This document shows, piece by piece, positions 17,738 to 24,332 of a stretch of 29,430 bases of DNA. The position numbers and the translations under genes were made by a program. This DNA comes from Gemmatimonadales bacterium. GTDB lineage: Bacteria; Gemmatimonadota; Gemmatimonadetes; Gemmatimonadales; GWC2-71-9. Location: positions 1-29,430 of the forward strand of contig JBDIWC010000047.1 in the NCBI GenBank assembly GCA_039794085.1, read 5' to 3'. The notes beneath the pieces are model-generated. The model saw only the letters and a list, made by a program, of their open reading frames with translations. It was not told the origin of the DNA and made no database searches. Numbering within the stretch: position 1 is the stretch's first letter; every line of letters begins with the position of its first letter.

Positions 17738-17956
17738 TCCAGGTCGTCGTCGGCGCGGCACGTTCGGCAGTACCGCGAGCGCATGAAGCAAGCCGGGCTC
17801 CGGCTCGTGCAGTTTTGGGTACCGGATACGCGGGTGCCTGGCTTTGCGGAGGAATGCCGTCGACAGAGTCAGCGAACGGCCCGGCGTCGGCTCGGCGAGC
17901 GGGACACCCTCGATTGGCTCGATCACGCGCGCGATACCGACGGATGGACCCCGTGA
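17735..17956 (+). CDS. MazE-like antitoxin (DUF3018 type)
   Basis: VRQYRERMKQAGLRLVQFWVPDTR..GFAEECRRQS pattern; GTGA-coupled to the toxin. Confidence 0.88.
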   Translation: MSRSSSARHVRQYRERMKQAGLRLVQFWVPDTRVPGFAEECRRQSQRTARRRLGERDTLDWLDHARDTDGWTP

Positions 17957-18282
17957 CCCGTGGCGAGGTCGTCATCGTCGCCCTCCAGGGCGATTATGGA
18001 AAACCACGGCCGGCGCTGGTCGTCCAATCCGATCTGTTCAACGACGCTCACGCGAGCATCAGCGTGGTGCCCGTGACCACCACGTTGGTGGATGCGCCCC
18101 TCTTCCGCCTGACGGTTGAGGCGTCGTCCGCGAACGGGCTCCGCACCCTCTCCCAACTCATGATCGACAAACTCACCGCGGTGCGCCGCGATCGCATTGA
18201 TCGCACCGTCGGACGGCTCGACGACGACGTGATGCTACGGGTGAATCGAGCGCTCGCGCTCTGGCTCGGGCTCGCCGCATGA
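17953..18282 (+). CDS. mazF: PemK/MazF family endoribonuclease toxin
   Basis: RGEVVIVALQGDYGKPRPALVVQSD, VVPVTT, NGLRTLSQLMIDK, VGRLD...ALALWLGL. Confidence 0.93.
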   Translation: MTRGEVVIVALQGDYGKPRPALVVQSDLFNDAHASISVVPVTTTLVDAPLFRLTVEASSANGLRTLSQLMIDKLTAVRRDRIDRTVGRLDDDVMLRVNRALALWLGLAA

Positions 18283-18378
18283 CTCAGGTGGCCCGGGAAC
18301 GGCGGCCCGCTCCTTTGCAGGACAACAAGGCCATGCGCCGACCGGCCGGCCACGCCGCCTGGAGGTGATGGCCAGGAT

Positions 18379-18725
18379 GTTAGGCGCGCGAAAGAGTTTG
18401 CCGCATCATTGACGAGGAACTCCAGAGGGAGAGGTCAATGGCTTCTGGAAGCAGGTACTGGTTCTCCGCGACACTATTCGGCTATGGCTGGTGGCGACCT
18501 GGCCATCCGCTCGGATGGGTTACTCTTGTCGTTGCGATTGGCTTGGTCTTTCTTGCTGGGCGATCCTTCCCGCCGGCCACTTCTCCACTGTACTTCTGGG
18601 CATCGGTTGTCGTCATCGCGGTCGCGTTCCTATTGGTCTGCAAAATCAAGGGTGAGCCACTGGGTCGGCGGCGCACCTGACAATTCATTCACGCCGACGC
18701 TGCTGCGCGGTGCGGACAATAATCG
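18379..18725 (+). mobile_element. Orphan integron-type gene cassette with degenerate, truncated attC
   Basis: GTTAGGC core at 18379-18385, a single ORF, then ACCTGACAATTCATTCACGCCGACGCTGCTGCGCGGTGCGG (18675-18715), which resembles aadA/aadB-type attC sites as I recall them. Confidence 0.7.
18438..18680 (+). CDS. Small two-helix membrane protein (80 aa), cassette cargo
   Basis: GGAGAGG RBS; YWF..GYGW..P..GW pattern, two hydrophobic segments, KGEP end; stop lies inside the attC inverse-core position; visibly more T-rich than its neighbours. Confidence 0.75.
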   Translation: MASGSRYWFSATLFGYGWWRPGHPLGWVTLVVAIGLVFLAGRSFPPATSPLYFWASVVVIAVAFLLVCKIKGEPLGRRRT

Positions 18726-18816
18726 TCACGATGTTTACTCGCCGCCGCTGTTTCGCTACCCTTCGGGGGAGAGAGTACGCCGGACACCGTGGCGCAAGAC
18801 CATTCCCGAGAAGCCG

Positions 18817-20037
18817 ATGACATTCCTTCCGTGTGGATTTCGTTGCCTCACGCGATTCCTGGCGACCACCGCCCTCACCGCGTGCGCCGGGCCGATGTTG
18901 CGGGCCCAGACCCCGGCGTCCACCCCCGCCCTGCTCTCCGCACTCGCCGCCGACAGCATGGAGGGGCGACGAACCGGAACCGAGGGCTACCGCCGAGCCG
19001 CTCGGCTGGTGGCGGCCGAGATGCAGCGGATCGGACTCGTGCCCTCGGGGGACAGTGGATTCCATCAGCGCATGCCGCTGGTGCAGAGCGGAAGCGGGAA
19101 TGGACGCCTGCGGCTCCTCCCCGGCTGGGCCGATCTCGACACCGTGCCGGAAGAGCGCCGGGCCAGTGAGGTGAACGTTGTCGGGATCCTCTCGGGGGCG
19201 GACCCGGCCCTCGCCGGGGAGGCGATCATCGTGGGAGCCCACCTCGATCATCTCGGCATCGGCCGGGTGGTGGAGGGCGATTCGATCTACAACGGCGCGG
19301 ACGACGACGCGTCGGGCGTGGTGGCGGTTCTCGGCATCGCCGAGCGGCTCCGGGCCATGACCTCATCGCGTCCTGGCCGGACCATCGTGTTCGTCGCCTT
19401 TGCCGGGGAGGAGATGGGCGGGCTCGGATCGCGCTGGTACCTGGAACATCCCGTCCATCCCCTGGATCGTACGGTGGCCCAATTTCAGATCGAGATGATC
19501 GCCCGTCCCGATTCGCTGGCTGGTGGACCCGGACGCGCCTGGCTCACCGGCTATGAACGGTCAACCATGGGGGAGCGGCTCGCCGCCGCGGGCATTCCCC
19601 TCGTGGCCGACCCCCGTCCCGATCAGAACTTCTTTCGCCGGAGCGACAACTATCGCTTTGCCATGGCCGGCATCCCGGCGCATACCCTCTCCAGTTTCAA
19701 TTTGCACTCCGACTACCACCGCCCGCAGGATGAGGCCAGGTTGGCCGACGGGGACCACATGACGGCGGTGATCGTGGCCGCCACCCGCGCGGTGCACCTG
19801 CTGTCCACCGGCCCTCGGCCCGAGTGGAAACCGGGGGGACGGCCGCAGCCCGCCCCCGGCCGGGTGTCCCGACTTCGGCGCGACTTTGTGAAACATTCCC
19901 CAAGGCGTGGAGGGGGGTTACCGACGGCCCAGTTTGGTGCTACAGTTGTGAGCGGTGGGGCAAGGGGTGACGTGGTTGGTCCGGGGGGACCGTCCCTTTC
20001 CTCGCTCCGCGGCTCACGCCCTTGCAGGATGACGTGA
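18817..20037 (+). CDS. M28 family metallopeptidase, exported (last ~60 aa look non-native)
   Basis: GAHLDHLG, YNGADDDASG, FAGEEMG, RSDN, HSDYHRPQDE; signal peptide from ATG 18817. Confidence 0.92.
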   Translation: MTFLPCGFRCLTRFLATTALTACAGPMLRAQTPASTPALLSALAADSMEGRRTGTEGYRRAARLVAAEMQRIGLVPSGDSGFHQRMPLVQSGSGNGRLRLLPGWADLDTVPEERRASEVNVVGILSGADPALAGEAIIVGAHLDHLGIGRVVEGDSIYNGADDDASGVVAVLGIAERLRAMTSSRPGRTIVFVAFAGEEMGGLGSRWYLEHPVHPLDRTVAQFQIEMIARPDSLAGGPGRAWLTGYERSTMGERLAAAGIPLVADPRPDQNFFRRSDNYRFAMAGIPAHTLSSFNLHSDYHRPQDEARLADGDHMTAVIVAATRAVHLLSTGPRPEWKPGGRPQPAPGRVSRLRRDFVKHSPRRGGGLPTAQFGATVVSGGARGDVVGPGGPSLSSLRGSRPCRMT

Positions 20038-20148
20038 TGTGTCCTGGGTTACGCTGCGAGAGTGGTGCGATTGTGCAGTTCGTTTGCAAGTCGGGTACCC
20101 GGGACCGAGCTTCATTATCTTTGCCGATGTACGCGTTCGGAGGATCGC

Positions 20149-20376
20149 ATGGATTGGCGCGCCCATATCTGGATTGACCCGCAGCGTATGCATGGCACCC
20201 CGTGCATGCGGGGTACTCGCATTCCCGTGTCCGTCGTCCTCGACAACCTCGCGGCAGGCGAAACGCCTGAGACGATCCTGACCCAGTATCCCACATTGAC
20301 GCCCGAACACATTCCCGCGGCGCTTGCGTATGCGGCCGCCCTCGCCCACGAACGCGTGGTCCCGATTCCGGCGTAG
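20149..20376 (+). CDS. DUF433 family antitoxin
   Basis: IDPQRMHGTPCMRGTRIPVSVVLDNLAAG...YPTLT.EHI.AALAYA; GGAGG RBS. Confidence 0.92.
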   Translation: MDWRAHIWIDPQRMHGTPCMRGTRIPVSVVLDNLAAGETPETILTQYPTLTPEHIPAALAYAAALAHERVVPIPA

Positions 20377-20379
20377 GCG

Positions 20380-20749
20380 GTGCGCTTCAAGCTCGATGAG
20401 AACCTGCCCCGGGCTGCGCGCGCCCGGCTTGTCGACCAGGGATGGGATGTGCATGACGTGCACGAGGAGCGGCTGGCTGGCGCGGACGACGCCGCGGTGC
20501 AGGACGCGTGCGAACGCGAGCGGCGCATTCTCGTCACGCTCGATACCGACTTTGCGGATACCCGCCGGTACGATCCGGCACGATCATCCGGTGTGATCGT
20601 TCTGCGCCCGGCAGACCAGTCGATCCGGGCGTGTCTGCGCTGCTTGGATGGCGCGATTCGCGCGCTGGCGACAGAACGTATCCACGCGAGTTTGTGGATC
20701 GTGGAAACCCGAGCGGATCCGCATTCGGGATCACCCGACCGGTGCCTGA
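20380..20749 (+). CDS. DUF5615 PIN-like toxin with apparent +1 frameshift near the C-terminus (as sequenced the ORF runs to 20919)
   Basis: MRFKLDENLP, DD.AV, RILVTLDTDF, GVIVLR. Removing one A from 20705-20707 gives a family-like end WIVEPERIRIRDHPTGA with TGA at 20747-20749. Confidence 0.82.
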
Positions 20750-20845
20750 CCGGCTCGTGCGGCCACCAACCGAAGGGGACCCGATTCCCGATCTCGCCAT
20801 CCCACCCCCGCATCGTCCGAAGAGAACCCTCGGCCGATATCGAGG

Positions 20846-20940
20846 CCACCTCGATCACGTCGGCATCTTCGCTCTGTACTCCCTCGACCTTACCGTGGCC
20901 CAACATGAGATCGAGATAATTGCCCGTCCCGAACAGAACT
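20846..20940 (+). pseudogene. Internally deleted remnant of an M28 peptidase gene copy
   Basis: 20846-20867 matches 19239-19260 at 20/22 (HLDHVGI vs HLDHLGI); 20881-20932 matches 19460-19511 at 43/52; it then continues as 19624-19630. Confidence 0.8.
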
Positions 20941-20944
20941 CTTC

Positions 20945-21385
20945 TATAGCGCCCTCGGTTTCTCTGGACAGTAGATTGGAACAGATCCAGGGGTCCCGAG
21001 AAAGGGGTGTTGTATGCCGAGCCAGACAGTACGGAAGACCGGTGCCGGGGGGGGAGGACAGGAAGGCCCTCCGGAACGGTGGAGCCCGCAACGGAAGACG
21101 GACGTGGTGCTGCGCCTGCTGCGGGGGGAGGACCTCGGGGAGGTGAGCCGGGAGGTGCAGGAGCCGGCCTCGGAGCTGGAGGAGTGGCGGCGGGTGTTCC
21201 TGGCGGAGGGCCAGCAGGGGCTGAAGCGACGAGGAGGCGATCCGGCGGGCCGGGAACTGATCCGGACCCGGGCGAAGCTGGGCGAGATGACGATGCGGCT
21301 GGAGCTCGCGAGCGAGCTGCTCGAAAAAAGGGGGTACGGGGACGACCTGCGGAAGCTCTTGACGCGGTCGGGCGAGTGAGTGCAT
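20945..21385 (+). mobile_element. IS3-family-like remnant (left end plus OrfA; catalytic OrfB absent)
   Basis: IR-like tatagcgccctcggtttctctggaca followed by an HTH/coiled-coil ORF; no DDE ORF downstream. Confidence 0.6.
21014..21379 (+). CDS. Transposase OrfA-like helix-turn-helix protein
   Basis: RWSPQRKTDVVLRLLRGEDLGEVSRE...LEEWRRVFL...AKLGEMTMRLEL; AAAGGGG RBS. Confidence 0.8.
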   Translation: MPSQTVRKTGAGGGGQEGPPERWSPQRKTDVVLRLLRGEDLGEVSREVQEPASELEEWRRVFLAEGQQGLKRRGGDPAGRELIRTRAKLGEMTMRLELASELLEKRGYGDDLRKLLTRSGE

Positions 21386-21466
21386 TCTTTTTGGGACGGA
21401 GTCAGCTGTACGAACAACGCTCCAAGCGGTGTGCCTGCTAAAGTCTTGGCGAGAGCGAGGTCGGCC

Positions 21467-22137
21467 ATGTCGAATCATCAACGGGTCTACAGCGACGACG
21501 AGTTCGACCTCGTTCTCCACAGGGCGACGGAACTTGCGAGCCGAACGGGACCGTCCGCGTCGACTTCGACGGGGTTGACTCTGGAGGAGATGAAGGCGGT
21601 GGCGGCCAGGTTGGCATCGACCCGGCCCTGGTCGAGCGGGCGGCGCGGCTCCTTCCCGCGAACGCCTCCGCATCCCGCTTCGAACGGCTGATCGGTGGGC
21701 CACTGCGTCACAGTCGTGACGTACGCATACCCGTGACTCTGGATCAGAGCAAAGCGACCCAACTCCTGTCCGCCGTCCGGATTCAGGCAGGGCAGCCTGG
21801 GAGCGGACAATCGAGCTCCGTTGGGATGGTGTGGCACACTGCGCGAACTGAGGTTGAGGCTCCCAGCGTCACTGCACAACCAGAGGAAGACGGCACGTCG
21901 ATCGCCGTCCATATTGACCGTACCGGCACAATGGCGGTGATGCAGGTGGGTACGCTGATCGGGTTCGTCACTGCTGCTGCTGTTGGTGTCGTCCTCGGCC
22001 ATGAAGTTGCCCCGGCGATATGTCGCGTTGGCCAATGCCCTGGTTGTTGCGCTCGTCACGACGGATCGCGCAGTGCCCAAGGCGTTTCCCACACGTGCGA
22101 TCACACCTGCGGCGTTTCTCGGCGCGCAGTCTCCAGG
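21467..22137 (+). pseudogene. Frameshifted hypothetical membrane protein
   Basis: MSNHQRVYSDDEFDLVLHRATEL..GLTLEEMKAVAA shifts near 21608 into VGIDPALVERAARLLP, which is in frame with the 21733 ORF. A second shift is probable near 22020, and the 3' end runs into the repeat array. Confidence 0.7.
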
Positions 22138-22348
22138 TCGCGGAGCGCTGAGGACGCAGAGGGTTGACGGTTCCCACGACACCTTCCTTGTCGCGGACGG
22201 CGGGCATCGGCAGGAGGGGGGCCCTTCCACACCACACAAAAACCATCGCATCGTGACGCGACAAGTAGAGCTGCGGGAATCATGAGGAGATCTCTGTGAT
22301 CTCTGTGTCTCCGTGGTGAATCCCCTCCCCACCCCGGACTGAACCACA
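22138..22348. repeat. Tandem array 2, first unit (degenerate left arm) and spacer
   Basis: gaggacgcagagggttgacggttcccacgacacc...gagctgcgggaatcatgaggagatctctgtgatctctgtgtctccgtggtgaa. Confidence 0.88.
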
Positions 22349-23785
22349 GGAGTCAATCCCAAAGTTAGTTGAAATTGGAGTGACTCCTTTCTCAGGCGAC
22401 CGCGTGGACCGTGCGGTCGGGACCGGTTATCCCGAGTTCCTTTTGGATTGCCGCCCGCAGCCGGGGAAGGTGGCGGTCGCCCAAGAGCTTCCGCAGCCGG
22501 GGTTGGATGTTGAGCAGCGCGGTCGCGAGCCAGCGATGCTTCTGCTGCGAATTTTTCCAGTGATCGACTCGGCCGCAGCGCTGTTCGGCCAGGGAGTTGA
22601 CCGACTCGAGGATGTTGGTGGTCTTGAGCGACCGGCCCAGCACCGGAAAGACTCCCAGCCGGTGGAGAGTCAGGGTCTCCTCGAGCCCCTCGTCCAGGCT
22701 GGCCACGGCGGACTGGTTGACCTCCGCCAGGTCCGCCCGAATGGCCCGCAGTTCCCGGGTCGCCTCCGCGTAGGTGGGCCGCTGGTAGGCCCGCTGCAGC
22801 CGCTGGCGCCACCGCGCCTGCTCTTTCTTGGGCAAGGAGGCGATCACGTTTTCCCGCTTGTGCCACTGGCAGCGCTGGATCACCACTTGGTCCGGGAAGA
22901 CCTTCCGGAGGCCGCTACGGAGTCCCTTGGCCCCGTCCACCACCCCCAGGGCTCCCGCCGCCAGATCCAGCCCCCGCGCCTTCAACCCGCGGAGGAAGTT
23001 CGTGATCACCGTCGTGTTCTCCGTTGCCGTTTGCACAAATCCGAGAACGACCTTTTCCCCCGCCATCGTCACGCCCAGCGCGATCACCATGGTATCCTCG
23101 GCGAAGGTCTTGCCGTCGAGAAAGAGCGCCACCACGTCATACCCGCTCAGATCGCGCTCCTGGAGGGCCTGTAGCTGCCGCGTGGCCACCTGCTGGAACT
23201 CCCGCGACACCTGGGACTTCGACATCCCGATCGCCCCCGGCACCGCCTCCATCGCCGCTTCATAGTCCCGGCACGAGAGGCCCAAGAGCACTTTCCGGAA
23301 CAGACCCTCGTCCACCGTCCCGCTCGCCCCATGCAGGGCCGCGTACGTGGCCAACGGCACCTCCCCCGTCGCGTCGCGCACCCGCGGCACCCGCACCGGG
23401 TGACGCTGGCCCGCCAAGCGCACGGTCCCCGGATTGCTCCCATGCCGGTACCGCCCCCCGGCCACCGCCTTGCGCTCGTGCCGCGGGCCCGCCAACCGCG
23501 TCACCTCCTCGTCGAGCATCCGCCCCACCTCCGCCAGTCCCAACGGCACCAACGCCTTGATCAGCTCCACCCGGGCATCGACGTCCATCCCCTCGATCTG
23601 CTCCCACTCCATCCCCTGGGGTGCTCCCAAGCGCCGGTCCTTCTTGCCTCGCCGTACCAACTGTGGCATGCTTCCCATCGGTGGCCTCTTTTCTCTGATG
23701 TGGTATTCGTGTTTTGCTCATCACATCCACGATACCTGAGGGGGGAGGTCACTTTCAACTTTCAACTAAAGATGGGACACACTCC
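22349..23785 (-). mobile_element. Complete IS256-family insertion sequence (1437 bp)
   Basis: 26-bp imperfect terminal IRs (ggagtcaatcccaaagttagttgaaa vs reverse-complement ggagtgtgtcccatctttagttgaaa); 9-bp target duplication TGAACCACA at 22340-22348 and 23786-23794. Confidence 0.95.
22392..23678 (-). CDS. IS256 (Mutator) family DDE transposase
   Basis: VRVPRVRD, LFLDGK, ALGVTMAGEKVVLG, VVDGAKGL, QRCQWHKREN, TTNILESVN. Confidence 0.95.
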   Translation of the reverse strand: MGSMPQLVRRGKKDRRLGAPQGMEWEQIEGMDVDARVELIKALVPLGLAEVGRMLDEEVTRLAGPRHERKAVAGGRYRHGSNPGTVRLAGQRHPVRVPRVRDATGEVPLATYAALHGASGTVDEGLFRKVLLGLSCRDYEAAMEAVPGAIGMSKSQVSREFQQVATRQLQALQERDLSGYDVVALFLDGKTFAEDTMVIALGVTMAGEKVVLGFVQTATENTTVITNFLRGLKARGLDLAAGALGVVDGAKGLRSGLRKVFPDQVVIQRCQWHKRENVIASLPKKEQARWRQRLQRAYQRPTYAEATRELRAIRADLAEVNQSAVASLDEGLEETLTLHRLGVFPVLGRSLKTTNILESVNSLAEQRCGRVDHWKNSQQKHRWLATALLNIQPRLRKLLGDRHLPRLRAAIQKELGITGPDRTVHAVA

Positions 23786-24180
23786 TGAACCACAGAGAAC
23801 ACAGAGGGCACAGAGGGTTGACGGCTCCCCCGACACCTTCCCAGGCTCGAACAACGGGCATCGGCAGGATGGGGCCCTTCCACACCACACAAAACCGTCG
23901 CATCTTGACGCGACAAGTGGAGCTGCGGGAATCATGAGGAGATCTCTGTGACCTCTGTGTCTCCGTGGTGAATTCCCGCCCCACCGCCGATTGAACCACA
24001 GAGAAACAGAGGACTCAGAGGGTTGACGTCTCCCACGACACGGTTCCCAGTCTCGGGACGCCGGCATCGGCAGGATGGGAGCCCTTCCACCCCACAGAAC
24101 AACTCTTGATCTCAGCGCGCAAGGCGTGGAGTGCGGGTATCTTGCGGAGACCTCAGTGTCCTCCGCGACCTCTGTGGTGA
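23786..24180. repeat. Tandem array 2, second and third units (23786-23972, 23992-24180)
   Basis: Unit 23786-23972 is nearly identical to 17422-17602; unit 23992-24180 shares its subtype with 17209-17401 and 17151-17186. Confidence 0.9.
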
Positions 24181-24197
24181 CCCCCACCTCTGCGGGA

Positions 24198-24281
24198 GCC
24201 AGGGAGAGATCCATCGTCCGGACGACGGGAAGTACACCAGCGACCTCCTCAGATCCCTCGCTTCGCTCGGGATGACGCTCC
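24198..24281. repeat. CGTC-type palindromic element
   Basis: agatccctcgcttcgctcgggatgacg arm (24251-24277); interior shared with 7837-7854. Confidence 0.78.
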
Positions 24282-24300
24282 CATGGCCGGACGGGCCTCC

Positions 24301-24332
24301 CTTCAAACTTCAAACTTCGAACTTCACACTTC
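24301..24332. repeat. CTTCRAA-type heptamer tandem repeat abutting the M16 stop codon
   Basis: cttcaaa-cttcaaa-cttcgaa-cttcaca-cttc; same family as 2887-2961. Confidence 0.85.

Noticed and set aside
18409..18816. 136-aa N-terminal extension of the M28 peptidase
   Set aside because: It overlaps the cassette ORF and attC; the signal peptide and the duplicated 5' end both point to ATG 18817.
20744..20780. Second attC after the PIN toxin (GCCTGAC...)
   Set aside because: Only an inverse-core-like heptamer is present; I could find no pairing arm or GTTRRRY.
21324..21330. AAAAAAG as a programmed -1 frameshift site in the IS OrfA
   Set aside because: It is read GAA AAA AGG, not in the A AAA AAG phase, and no OrfB follows.
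17209..24180. CRISPR interpretation of the tandem arrays
   Set aside because: Units are ~190 bp with homologous interiors rather than unique spacers, and no cas genes are present.
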